DNA of 64,000 nucleotides from Lingula anatina (taxonomy: Eukaryota; Animalia; Brachiopoda): the NCBI GenBank assembly GCA_051362555.1, contig CM120641.1, forward strand, positions 23,194,401 through 23,258,400. The letters are read 5' to 3'. The position numbers and the translations under genes were made by a program. Shown here one piece after another: positions 24,801-38,695 of the stretch. The notes under the pieces were generated by a model. It did not search any database, was not told where the DNA came from, and was given only the letters and a program-made list of their open reading frames with translations. The stretch's first letter is position 1; the number at the start of each line of letters is the position of its first letter.

Positions 24801-27800
24801 ACAGGAGGCTGAGAGCAAAGAGGTGGGTATTTGGTTCAAGAAAACATGAAATAGAAATAACTGAAAGGTTTGAATCTATTTTACACTATATTTTTATGGG
24901 CATAAAAACCAAGGGTTCATTTCATTTGGAAATTGTGTTACAAGGGTTCAGTTTTCCCTGTGCTCATGTTAGTGCTAAAATCCATACTTAATTAGTTGTC
25001 ATCAGTTTGTTTTAAGCATAATGAGTTTTGTAAAATATCTTTGACCTCAGGCAGAAGAAGAGCACAAGAAAGAGGAGGAGGAAGAGAAAATGGATACAGA
25101 TGAAAAAGAGGAGGAGAAAAAGAAAAAAGAGGTAAGATATGTTTGCATATTGAATAAATTAAGTCACAGGAGTTAAATGTTTTAATTATAAAAAAATATA
25201 GATTTGATGATAATAGCTATTGAAATGATACCTAATTTTAGGATGAAGAGAAGAAGCGTCGTGAGGAACGAGAAAAAGTTGCCCGAGAGCGCCGCTATAC
25301 TCTACCTGAAAGTCCAGCCATATTGGTCCATCCATCATCTGTGGCCAAGAGTGGAAAATTTGATTGCACAAACATGTCCCTCAGTGTTCTCTTAGATTAT
25401 AGACCAGAGGACAACAAGGAGCACACTTTTGAGGTAATATAGTTCGACTAGAATAAAAATGAAACAATTTTTTTTTAGAAATACAAGCATAGTTTTTGGC
25501 ATAGTTAATTTCTGATCCTCTGTTGAAATTTTAAAAGTTTTTGGTAATTTTTGGCAGGTATCCCTATTTGCTGAACTGTTCAATGAAATGTTGATGCGGG
25601 ACTTTGGGTTTAGCATTTACAAAGCACTTGTAGTGGCTCCAGAAAGAAAAGAGGAAGATAAAGAAAAGGACAAGGAAAAGAAAGACAAAGATGAGAAACA
25701 TAAGGAAAGGTCTGCGAGCAAGGTAGGAACAATCATTTATATACTATAAACAATACATAATGTGTAATTTGTCATTATATGTTGAATTCTTCCACTGTTT
25801 ACATAGCACCTAGTCGATAATTTAAGTTAACATGATTGATAGATTGAGTCATAGATATAATGGGCAATTGTAGGAATCAAAATTAAGTTTTGTAATTGGT
25901 TAGCTATTAATAGGATTTGATAATACTGTGTTTGCAAAATTAAGATTGCATTAGTTATTGCTTTCAGGAACCAAGCTCCAAGCGACGTAAGACAGATGAA
26001 AAGGATGAGAAAGAGGACAGAAAGGTAAAATATCTCAAAATATTTCATTGAAATCATTTTTTCTGATGTGAGATATAGATAAAAATTGATATAGATGCAT
26101 TTGATTACTTGTGAAAAATAATTTATTTCCAACTCTTTATGTAGGAAGATGAGAAGGAAAAAGAAGTCAAAGCAGAGGTGAAAGAAGAGAAGAAAGAAAA
26201 AAAGGAAGAGAAAAAAGATGAAATTAAGGTTAGTAATATGGCAAAACAAAATATGGCAAAAGAGTTAAGGTATGTCACAGAAATTAAACCTTAGACTTTT
26301 TTGTCTTATAATACTACTTACAATACCAAAATTTGTTTTTGTTGTAGGATGAAAAGGAGAAAGAAGAAAAGAAAGATGAAGAGGAAGAAGAGGAAGAGGA
26401 GGAAGAAGAGGAGGATCAAGAGGTACACCTTTGATAACATGTTTACTTAAGTACATTTACAAAAAAATAACAGTAAATGATAATAGTTCTCTATTGAACA
26501 TAAAGACAATTCAATACTGTATTTAAGTTTGAAAATTCTTCAAAATTATTGCCTCAGTATTTGATTTGAACTTGGTTCTTCTGGTTGCAGGAAGAAGAAG
26601 ATGATGAGGGCAACAAAAAGAAGAAAGATAAAGGTGAGGCATAATTCATTTACTTGCGTTTCAAATCTAGACAGAATTGTATATCCACAATGTTATACAC
26701 TTTTCTTATCCTGGACATTTTTCAATATTGGAATAAAAAATTAATTGAAAAGGTATTTTAATTATTGATTTTGAAACTTGTTGTTTTATTTGAAAATCTA
26801 ATATGTAATACAAATTTATTTTCAGACAAGAAAAAAGACAAAGAGAAAAAGAGAGAAAAAGTGAAGTTCTACACTGCCTATCCAGAACTTTTGCTAGCAT
26901 TTGTGTACTTTGACCAAAACCACACAGGCTACCTCTTGGACAAGGATGTGGAGGAAATAATCCACACACTAGGGTTGCAGCTATCAAGAGCTCAGGTAGA
27001 GGAATTGCTCTGTCTTGATGATTTATTTACTGAATATGCCGATAGTCTATTTTGATCTTGGATGTGTGAAAAGGTAAAATTGGTATCAATATGAAATGTG
27101 AAAATATGTACTGAGAGCCCTGCCTACAATGGGGCATGGTTAGAAACTGTTCTGTTGAGAAATATGCGATTGTGTTGCTGAGTGGTTAATATGGCAGTAG
27201 CTTGTGAATATAAATTATTACATAAAAAGATGACCTGAAATTTTAACACAGCAATACTACTTCTAGTATATACAACTGTCAAATCTTCATATTTCAGGTT
27301 AGAAAATATGTACAGAAACTGGTTTCTAGGGACACCCTGAACTACAGAAAGTTAACAGACAAACCATGTCCCAAAGATGGCTTAGAAACACCAGTGGCAG
27401 AGGGAGAGCAAACAGAGACAAAGAAAGAAAATCAGACAGAGGCCCTAGATGATGAAACAATGGCTATAGGTATGCTTGACTGGCATTTTTGTGATTAGAA
27501 CTTGTTTTGTGCACGTAAAGGATATATTTCCACAAGTAATATTTGATGTACTATTATTTCTTCTAGTACTCTGTTGTGTTTTATAATTCATTTAGTATGA
27601 CAATTTGACATTCTCAGTAAAATGGTACATTTCAGGTAATAATATTTTCCTGATAAAGGAGAAGAAGGAACCAATAGAAAAAGAGGTGCGTACCCGCAGC
27701 AGACGTGGTAAGAAGGAGGGAGAGCAGAAAGAAGAGGCTCTCAGTGCGGACACTGGTATGGTGCTCTACAAGGGATCGCTACTGGACCTCGACAGCTTCA

Positions 27801-28454
27801 TGCAAAGACTGGAGAAGAGTGAGAAAGCCAGGGTCCAACTGGAAACCAAGTTAAAGGAGTATCAAGATGATATGGGTAAGTGGAGTCAGATTTAGAAAAC
27901 CAAATGTCAAAAAAGGCTAAAATCTTGATGGGAATGGGAGCCTTGTTTTTGCACCTGGTCAGTTTCATATTGTATCTGTTTTTTATTTGAGATATCATTA
28001 CTTGATAAAGATTATATTCAAATTGTGTGATTTCTTTTAATGTATATGAATGTATAAATGCGTTATACTTGTACTGAAATTGATTGTATTTTCAACTATT
28101 TTGTTAAAAAGAAAGAAAAAATTTCTATTCTTTATCATATACAACAGACACAAGTATGTAAGTCCACAGCAGTGATCTTATAGCAACTATCTTGCTCTTA
28201 CAGATTCTCTAAAAGGCAGCTTTAACAGCAGTGAACAGCACAGTCAAAAGGTTGTGTTGGAATTACAAGAACTCAAAAAGAAACTAAGAGACCAAACAAA
28301 AGCTACAAATGAAGCTGAAACACTAGTGAAAAAGTATCATGCTGCATTAGACAGCTCCAAAAACAGTCTTATTAAAACTCTGAATGAGATCACTTCAGCA
28401 CTTGTCAAACAGGAGCCATCAGAGGACAAGGACATGGCAAACGGAGACAAGTAA
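18893..28454 (+). CDS. CCAR1: Cell division cycle and apoptosis regulator 1 (CCAR1/DBC1 family), about 23 coding exons
   Basis: Starts MAQFGAGKNPPWA. S1-like domain KQRVFTGVVTKLHDNFGFVDEDVFFQ..MPFKWNATRIQ, RS/RE-rich region, LRSRYTNLYIPSDFF, DBC1 domain AIGGPWSPSLDG..GIDLSACTQW, SAP domain LRKELEARNLSSKGLKSQLIARL, EF-hand LLLAFVYFDQNHTGYL, coiled-coil C-terminus, stop TAA at 28452-28454. Confidence 0.95.
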
Positions 28455-31042
28455 ACAGATGTACAAATTAAATAAAAATAACAGCTGAGCTTGAAATTAT
28501 CCAAAGAATGAATTTGGTGGTACAACATTTCCCAACATCCAGCATGCCTTTATGTTAAAGTCTTGGAGAGGTAACTGCCTTCTGTGCTTTGGAAAGGTAT
28601 GCTATCCTCATACCTTGATGGATGTAATTTGACTGCTTTGTAGTTTGATAGGCATATGACTCGTTCATTTCACACCTGAAAATGCAGTATTCTGCTTTTA
28701 TGATTAGAAATAATTTTAATTATTTTGCATGTGATTTATCTTTGTTTTAAATAGAAATTATTTCCAAATGTCTTTAGAAATACAAATTATGTTGACACAT
28801 TTTTCATTAGTGCTTATCTTTAGTTAGGAATGGATATTTTGGGTATTGAGTTGAGCATGTTGAACCTATTCCTGTAAACCTAATTGTGCCATCAGAGTTG
28901 GAAAACTTATTTGGGGTTCTGTTCAAGAGGATTATTGTCTCCAAATACTCCAAAACAAAATTCTGAAAAATGCTTTGTTGGAAGAAGTGTTTTGGGATAG
29001 CAGAGGTCATGGACTCCTTATTGTTGCGCTGTTTATTGTACAGGTATCATAACAAGTGTCAAATCATGTAATTTTTCAGCACCTACTCCTCAAATCACTG
29101 TAGATATATATAACTGCATGTCGTCAGCTCTCAGATATAAAATGATACAATAAAGGAAAAATCCATGATTGTCATTGATATACACAGATGTTATTGTCTT
29201 TACATCTTCCCCTCTGTGTCTGTCCATCACCAGTACTAAAGCTATGCACATTTCATGTTGTTGCAGCAAGTGGGAAGCAATGTGGATTCCTTGTGTGGTC
29301 ATAAGAATTTCTTAGAAAGCAGTAGGTCACTGCAGCAGTTTGTCATGTTTTCTTTGTCAGCCAAATCAATTTTTTCAAACCTCTGGAACTCCTTACTTTG
29401 GTTGGGTCTTGCCATCGATCAAAGCAGGGTCAGTAAAAGGAATTATCAGTGTTGCAGGAAATGGGCCTGTGTAAATTTTATTGGTGAAGCTATAAAGGGC
29501 ATTTAAAAGCGAGGAGTAGCAACAACTCTGCCTCCCTGAAGGATATAGCAGAATTGTATTTATGGAAAAGAGGCACTTAAAAAAATTGAATGCCTTAGTA
29601 AATTCTCCAAGCTTTCCCCCTAGTGTTAAAATGAATAGCTAGACGTTAATGTGATTAATTAATAAAAATATTAAAATCTCTAGCTTCATTTCATTTGGTA
29701 AAATGTACTACAGTGAAAATTAAGGCTGCATCTTTGGTGGATTGTGCACTTGTATAAACAATGGCAGTTGGCATTTGCAAAGCTACATGATGAACCTCAT
29801 TAACAGAACATAAAAGACTGATAAAGAAAGCAAGTATTAGTACAAACTAATAAGTTTTAATTCATGAACTCCCATTCCCAGTAATGTACATACCATTTGA
29901 TTGATTTCCCAAATCCCTACAAAGATACTAAATAAAAATTGCACTTTTGACTAATGATTACAATAGGCAAACAACAGAATAAAAACTGTGTTGGATAATC
30001 TTTGGCAAGTAATATTCTCCAGGCATCAATCTGTTACAACAGCCATACACTTTTACAGGAAGCCCTTGAGGGAAATGCAGTAATATGGTTTTTCTTTTTT
30101 TCTGTTCATTTTGGCAGTTGCAGAGCATCGGCATGTCCCAAACCAAATCACAATGTCCATTATACAGTACACAACAAACATTTCTATGCCACTCAGCTGT
30201 TCTGGCCACAATAAAAAAAAAACTTAAAATAAATCATATTAACACTATCAAATTAGTGCATAGTTATTTCTTATCAGGGATTAGTGTAGCTTTAGTTTTT
30301 TTTCTAAATGGAAAAAGAGGAAAAGATCCGTTTTGCATTCTGTCACTGAAAATTTCTTATTCTTTGAAAATCCTAGTTATATGGACTTCTTGCAACTACT
30401 ACTTTGCAACCTTGGGCTTCGGTGTTTACAACTGTATCTAGATCTATTCCTTACAATGAAGGCCTAGCCCAAAACTGAGGAAAAAAAACTAATTCAACTT
30501 GTCAAGAAAATCAGTTGGAAGTGTATTATTTGGAATATATTTTTTAATTAATTGAATTTAAAAATAAAAGGGCATTTCAGATATTGCACCATTAAAATAT
30601 CTGACAAACAAGTAACAAGTTCATATGACTTAACAATCAGTGATGAGCTTTGCTCACAATGTCAAAAAGAATTACTACCACTTACAAACTAACTATAACT
30701 TAAAAAGTTAAATATTAACATGAATATCAATGGTCTTATTTAAAGAAATCTTCTAATCAAATGACAGTCTGGAATTGCAATGAGTAAGTTCTTCTTTGAA
30801 ATCCCTCTTTTTACAGTATCTTAACTACAGTGATATAATCTAACGTTCATCATTGAGCAAATTCTGTCTACTAATATACCATTACTCTTGGTGTAGCCCA
30901 GTATATACTCTTGATCCCTTCACCATTATCACAAAAAGTACAAACCATGAATCTCCCTGAATATATAGACAAATACATATGAAATAAATCCAAGTGCTGG
31001 GATGATAAAATTGCAGACAGAAAGACAAAAATCGCAGGGTTA

Positions 31043-34000
31043 TCATCTGTCCACAAGACTAGTCCTTGAATCTTCATTAATAAGCAGTTCATTTTCCAGT
31101 TCTTCTGCACTGACAAAGTCATTCTCCCATTCCAGTTCTGCGGACTCTGGGCTAGTCTTCTCTGAGTCCTGGGCTCCGGTCATCCTGGTCAGTTCTTCCT
31201 CAGTCATCGACCTCTTGGGCTTGTTAACTACAGACTGCATGCCTGGGAACAGTAACACACAATATTTTTTATATAACAGACATATAACATGTTAATATAA
31301 CAGAGAAACGACCTGTTAATATTACATATAACAGACTGCTTGTCTGGGAACAGTTACATATAGCATGTTAACTTAAGGTCATCTTCTTTACTTTTCCACA
31401 GCGTTACTCCCCCTAACAAAATCATATTACCTGCATCGATACATCCCCATACTTATACTCCCCCTGCACCGTTACTCCCCCCCATCACTTTTTGAATGAT
31501 TGTTAAGACACTTCTTAAAACTCACCAGAAGATTTAATGTCAGGCTGTGGCAGCATAGTTTAGCATTATCAAAACTTTGTATCCCTAAAGCACTTATTAC
31601 ATAAGACACACACCTAGTTGAGGTTATAGAATATTAGTATGTAGATATTCAAGTACAGGCACAGGATTTGGAACTTCATAACAGTGCTTCATTTCTGTGA
31701 ATGCATGCCATGTCCCTGTTGGAACCTTTACCTGCTTCATGTTCCCATTCCAGATCTATTGAGGAGCCTTCAGTGTGAGATCTATCTTTAGTCTGTGTGC
31801 TACTGGAAGTGCTAGGACTATCTGTTACTATGAAAGGGGACATGCTGTTAGTTGAGTACTTTATATAAGCTATATAATGCAAACAGAATCATGCTGCACA
31901 ATACTGGTAGTACTCCATTGCATTATATTTTAATATAACTTAAAAGTTCTGTTATTCAGTTAACTGTCATGTAAGTAAAACCTAGATTTAAATCATTGTA
32001 TAAGAAATATATTTAAAAGAAAATATTGTATTTAGTTTGTTACAAGGTTGCTGCTCTCTCTTAATCTTGAAATAATGCCAAAAAGTATCATTTCAAAGAA
32101 TTGAGAAAATCCTCCAAAGACCAAGTAGTTTGAATGAATCTAAACAATATTTCTTAATAGAGGAATGTGAGCCAAATAACAGCCAATAATGCATGCGTAT
32201 TAATAAAGACTTAGTATTTAGGTTGATCTCATATAATCTGCTTTGAGCACACACAAGTCAGCAACCTTACCTGAGTTTTGTGCCCTAGTCTTCAGTGATC
32301 TTGCTCTCACACTAGCCAAAAACATCTCAAAGTCATCTTCTCCACCAGCTCTGTATAAATAATATTAAACAATGTATAATACTTCTTTATTTAATCTTAT
32401 TTCCTACAGCCATAAAGATGATCTTTTTTGTATGTAGTATAAAATCTTTTTTTTTTCTGGATATTGGCAACTTGTCAGGTTTGTTCCCATTAGGGAATGG
32501 AACCCACAACCTCTGGGCATAAGTCTAACACTACACCAATATGGTTCTTTGTTTATAAGATAAATAGATTTCCATCAGAAATGACTTCAACATGTAAAAG
32601 TAACATCTGTTGATTTTCCACAATTTTAAAGAAGTGAACAATTTACAATTTTTTTATCATCCTGAAATTATAATATTGATAAATGATAACTAATCCAATA
32701 ATTAATGGCACTCTGGAGAGAGTCAGCTTATACTCACACATCCCATTCATTCTCATCTTCCCCAAGCCAAGACTTGCTGCCATTTTGGGATTTGGTTGCC
32801 TTGGCTTCTTGCATCTTTTGTTTCTGTAACTTGGAAGCCCTCGCGGCTTCTCGCTTGGCAGCTGCATAAGCCTCTTCCTCAAGACGCAACTCCTCTTCCT
32901 GTTTTGCTAGCTGATGAGGGTAATGAAAATTAGGTTAAATTTCATGTCAGCAGAGAAAATTTTGTAGTTACAGCAAGTGACAAAAAATCATACGTAGAAA
33001 CAGGCTTACTGAATGGTTTCATTGACAACAGGACACATGGCAGTTTGAAGTTTTTTTTAGATTTTTCCTTTTTAGCATAACTGTGGGATGTGGCATTTGA
33101 CTTTTTATACCTGTCTGTTAGGCATGACTCATAAATATCAATCTGTACTAAAATTCACAACCAAGCATACATCAGCTTGACAAAAAAAAAAAATAATAAT
33201 AGCAAAACATTTATGGCTTTGATATAGCAAATATGAATACATAGAACAAATCAATTGAGTACCTGAGCATCTATTTCTGCATCTATCTTTTTCTGTTCAT
33301 GCACTAATTGCTCATATAAACCACTTTTCAGTACTTCTCGTTCATGGTCAGAAATAGTTCTACAACAAACAAAATCAGACAAAATAAAGAATACATAAAC
33401 ATAAAACAAACTAACAACACTGAAAATAAAATAAGCAAGATAGTGGTGAACTGGACAGTACTGACATTTGGGTGATGTAAAATATACATAACACATTATC
33501 ATGCAGTGATCACATCTAGCAGGATTGTGGCTTATGACATACTGCGACATATTAACATACTGTGACATACCAAACCTGCATATTCTGAAACTGTGAATGG
33601 AGCATCAATTTGAAGGCGCCCTCTGTAGGCAGGGAGAAGAAACAGTAATTCATGAGTTTTCTTCTGTCAAAGTGTAACCAGTGTAACACTTGTGCAATGG
33701 CGGTCAGAAGTTTGACAATGTACTTATTATGAGTAGTACCTTGCAATTCTAGCTGAAACCAATGCCATTGTATAATTTTGAAAAAGCAAAACAAAAGCAG
33801 AATTTGGAACTTGCCATTTGTCAAAAATCAAATCTATGAAAGGATATAAATATTTGCCTCATCTTTTATTGATTCTCCCTGTTTGGAATTTTTCATTATG
33901 CCATTTACAGATTTGACCAGTAATTCTTGAACGTACAAAGTTCTGCTGCTGGATATTATTTCTTCTATGTAGCTGTTTACAGATGTGAGGAACTTCATCA

Positions 34001-35419
34001 CATCATTTTGTTAGAAATAAAGGCTAGATAATGCAATCTAAACACATGGAATACATAATGTTAATTGAAGACAAAAGAGTTAGTGACATAAGTGAAGACA
34101 TACTTATGTGCCTTTCTAATACATGTAAAAACTTTAATTGACACTGCATTACCTGTTTATTTCAGTTGCACTTGCTTCCTGAAATGACAACAGAACTGAG
34201 TGTAACAAACATACAAATGAGTTTGAGAAAATTTATCTTAAAAAATGCACTTCACTTTTCATTTGTGTTGAAATCCTTCCATCATAATACATCTATGATC
34301 TATACATTGTATCTTTATAAGAAAAAAATATATACATATCTTGTATGCATTGTATCTGTATAAGTACTAGTAAAAGGGCACATAGGAAAGGCTTTTGCAG
34401 TAGTTATTTGCTTTATAAATATAATGAAAATTAAACCAAAAAATACTTACTTCGTCCATCAAATTCTGAAACTAAAAAAATAAAAACAAACTGTTTTACT
34501 GTTATGTTCAGTTATGGCTAACCAAGGAAATTGTGAAAGTGGTTATTTGCTAACAGTCAAATAAAATTATAACTCATTTCACTAACATACTTCTCTGTAG
34601 TTTTCACAACTAAAACCCTTCAAAAAGCAATCCTGCATCTGTTCAAATATCACAACCACTGCTATGCAATAAAGGAATAAGACGTGACTGCTTATTATAT
34701 AAATTTAACCCAGCCAAGTAAAATAATTTCTTTAGACTCTTAAACAACTAGGCCAGAAGAATCCTGCTTACCTCAATACCCATTTCAGTATCAACAGTGT
34801 ATCTTGATCGAAAGAAGTTCCTTGAATATTAAAGATTAACAAAAATAACCAACATGTAAAATGTAAGTCTGTCTGTTTTTTGGCATTTAGCTTAAAATGA
34901 TATAACTTTAGTTTAGCAATTAAAATATAAACACTACGGATGACCAGCTACAGACACACAGGGACCATTCCCACAGATATTTGGATCAATCTATCTCCCT
35001 GGGGAGTCTTACTAAATTGCTATCGACTTAACTGGCTTATATGTCTGTCACGCCTAGTAAAGCTGTTAGGGGGTAATTAATTATCTTTACCCCCTAGCTG
35101 ATTTGGTAGGCGTGACAGACATTTAAGCCCTTTAGTTGATAGCAATTTAGTGAGACTCCCCAGGGAGTTAGACCAATCCAGATGGATCAATCTAGGCATG
35201 GGAACCCAGTCATAGAAAAAATTGCATCTTTTCAGTGAATGGCGGGACTACATACATGTGCTACATAGGTTCAGCATCACATTCATTATCACATGACTAT
35301 GCTAGTGTAGTGATCCAACCCACAAAATATGCAATGGCTATGTACAAATTCATACCTGGATAAAGCGTTTGAACTTACTTTCTGTTTCGTCCTAGGCAGC
35401 CAGAGCAACAATTTCCCAT
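31043..35419 (-). CDS. AP1AR: AP-1 complex-associated regulatory protein (gadkin)
   Basis: Nine exons. N-terminal acylation motif MGNCC (ATG 35417-35419), FQNLMDE micro-exon (~34451-34471), LAKQEEELRLEEEAYAAAKREAARA, DDFEMFLASVRARS, SIDLEWEHE and LEWENDFVSAE, all characteristic of gadkin. Confidence 0.9.
34994..35168. mobile_element. Fold-back MITE in AP1AR intron 1
   Basis: Near-perfect ~175-bp palindrome, with CTCCCTGGGGAGTCTTACTAAATTGCTATC opposite GATAGCAATTTAGTGAGACTCCCCAGGGAG. Confidence 0.8.
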
Positions 35420-35707
35420 TTCAAATTTCGGTGCTCTTAATTCATGTTATTTTTGTGGAATTATGATAGAAATGCATTGCCACTGAAGACGGAAGTTTTA
35501 TGGATGCGGGCTCTCTTCCTCCAAATGCTAAAGATCCTGTTGCAAGAAAAGACAAGGCCAACTAGTGACGTCAGACTAGTAGCGGAGATTTCACCTGACC
35601 TTATCGAATTAATAGGTGAAATTCAAATTATATTTAACGAGCATAACATCCAAATCGTTACAGTTAATCGGTCTTTTTTTTGCGAGGGGTGGGGCAACCC
35701 CACAGTG

Positions 35708-36111
35708 CAGGGGCAGATCCAGGATTATTTGAAGGAGGAAGGAGGTTCGGGGCCAGCTCAAGGGCCCCGAAAATTTTTTGGTGTTTTAGAGAGCAAACAG
35801 TGCCCTTTGGTACCTTTTAGAACTAAAGTTTAGTCAAATTTCTCATTTCAAAAGGGGAATATTGGTGTGATTTATTTTTCAGAAACCGAAGGGGGTCAAT
35901 ATGGGCGATTTTGGAAGATAAAAACGACAACATTATTATAAAAAAACTTCCTACACTTATCTAAGGGGTGGATGCAGGATTATTTGAATGGAAGGGGGGG
36001 CACGGATGCGAAGCCGTGTGATTTTTTTTTTCAGAAATCGAAGGGGGGGGTCAGGATCCCTCTGACCCCCCCCCCCAACCCCCCACCCCCCTACCCCCAA
36101 ATCCGCCACTG
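35708..36111. mobile_element. hAT-like MITE, with related fragments at ~37360-37550 and ~49430-49678
   Basis: Termini CAGGGGCAGATCC...ATCCGCCACTG. Internal segments are shared with the other two loci (AAATGGCAC, CTAAAATACCAA, GGGCCC). Confidence 0.6.
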
Positions 36112-38695
36112 AATTACCCAATGGAATTCTTTTCATTCAGTGGTGCAAAAAATTCGATCCCCTCAAGATTTGGATCGGTCCCGCTCGTTTGCCAAATCAT
36201 TATTTTTGTCTGACTCACTTTTTCACAGGATGACTATCGACTATGAATATCCACACATCAAGTAACGCTTTTAATTTTGGTCAGTATTCATTCATTGGAA
36301 TTTTTGTCGAGAATGTTTAGGTCTAATGTTTTCTCCGTTTCTGCGAATTGAAGAGCTACAATGAATGGGCCTAAAATATATTTCTATGTTGGAAAATCGC
36401 ACTTATCATTTTTCCCTTTCCCATGAAAAAAATTTACGCCCGTCTCGTAAACTCATTGTGTTGCTTTTCTTTGTATATGTTTTCCCTGTGGACCAAGCTA
36501 ATTTTTCTAAGCAGGATTTGCAATGGTTTCATAATTTCTCCCGGGAAAACAACTAATTGAATTGTTAAAGCATATTACCTTAACTTACTTCGCATTCGAA
36601 CATCGATTTGCTGAACACGTTTAAGCACGAATGATTTTCAATTTTCCCTGAAGAACAAAAGGGCTTATAATATGTAGCGATACGGGCCTATTGAATATAA
36701 TTGGGTCAATCAAAATTACCAGCTCTGAAAAATCCAGTTCTGTTGGTCTCATTGTTGGAAGAAAAATGTCTCGTTAGTTTTTTAATACGTAGCTGGCGTA
36801 TTTTTTCGAATGAGGCTAATCTTTTTAATCAATCGAAAAAGATTTCTATGATAAATTAAGGACCATCAAATGAATATTATACCCCATGTGCTGATTTTTT
36901 TTCATAAAAAATGTCATAAGGCGTAAAGAAAAAGAAGATAACGCATAGCTACGGTAGGTTTCTTCAGCACTGAACTGGAAAATATTGGAGGTTAACTATT
37001 TCAACATTAGTTGATGATTGAAGCATATATTCTTATAACATAAGTTACATAACACAGCTGATGAAATTCCTCTCTGATCTGGAAAATTGTTTTGAATAAA
37101 TGGAAAATTACAAAGGAACATAAGCGGTTGAACTTGAATATATGAGTATCAATTATTGATGCGGTATTATATTATTAACCATCCATTTAAAACCAAATGA
37201 AACATATTATACATCTCAAATGATGATGGATTTTAGATTAGTAGACTCCCTATACTATAGTGAGGTTGATATGCCTAATTACTACTAAATAACACATAAT
37301 ATAATGTATTTAATTACACAAGTATAGCCCACACTTTATATAGACGTTCTTTTCTACACCAGTGGCGGGTTTGTTGGGAGGTCCCAATCCCCCCCCCCCC
37401 CCCCCTTTTCGATTTCTAAAAAAATCACGCCAATGGTCCCCTCTTGAGACTAGAATTTGGACTAGCCGGATCATAGTTCTAAACCGTACCAAATGGCACC
37501 TTTCTCCTTCAAAATACCAAAAAATTTCGGGCCCCGAACCCCACGCCATGAAAACAGTAATTTCAATATTGAAAGAAACGTTTAGTCAAGTGCGTGTGTG
37601 TGTGTGTGTGTGTTTGCGTGCGTGCGCCTGGGGGAAGAGGTAGGAGTTGCAAGTTGGATCAAAACTGGCATTGTTAAAATTTCGACTTCCATCCCGAATA
37701 TCGAATGATCAAACTGCGTTTAAGTTTGGTTTTATAGGGATAGTCGTTATTAAATGCTGTTGAATAGACAGGCAATGGTAAGAAAAGCGAATGGGTATGG
37801 GCTGTAATCGAGAGTTTGGAAACTTGTGTTACAGGTACAGATGACAGCTAGGTTTTGATAGTTTTTAAGCTATGTTAAAACCGGCTGGGTCCCACCAATG
37901 AGACAGCATAGGCAACATTATAATACGTAACCCGACTACATGGCCGCGTAGCTCATCAACTTCCAGACCTAGCGAAGTGTGCGTTTGTAAAGCTGATTGT
38001 TTACCAACAGATGAACTTCAAATTTGTGTATTTTGATGAAGAGAGCATAAGTTGGGCATTTTTTAATGAAATGCTCCGTTCTAGCCATTTTGATGGTATG
38101 TCACAAATCTTTTAAAACACTCCAATGCCACCCCTTTATTTTTTCAGCGGGCACATGCCAGCCCCGAAGGTTCGGACGTACCCTCTTCTCCTGCCCCAAA
38201 TCGGCCAACTGATTTAAACGAAACAAAATCAAGTCTTTCCAGCTTCGACCATTAAAAAATTGCCCTCAGCTACCGTTTTGTATTAGTCAAACGAAGCCAT
38301 CAGTTCCATGTGTAAATTTTAACAATGCAATTGTTTTTAATATTTATTTTTTCTTATCATCGAAAAAATAATAATGGTAAATTTTTATGTTAATTTTCAT
38401 ACCATTTTCACTATTTACAAAAAAAAAATGATGCACTGTTGCATCAACAAAGACAATATAGACAAAATATAGACATTACATTGATGAAATGTAAATGTTG
38501 AAATTGACCAGTCATAACATAAAATATTACATTCAGCATGATGTACAAACGTCATGAATACCGTTTTGGTTGTTAGTCACACTAGGACCAACGTCTTCCG
38601 TCATTTGACCAGATTGATTCCTAGTGTATATAACTTGTAAAAAATGTGTCAAAGAAAAAGAAGTTTGTATATTGTCAATTCCATATATCAATGGC

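Noticed and set aside
18954-28203. SNORD98 expected from vertebrate CCAR1, and U20/U82 expected from vertebrate nucleolin
   Set aside because: Their guide sequences (for example TCCTATTCC for SNORD98) were not found by eye in the introns.
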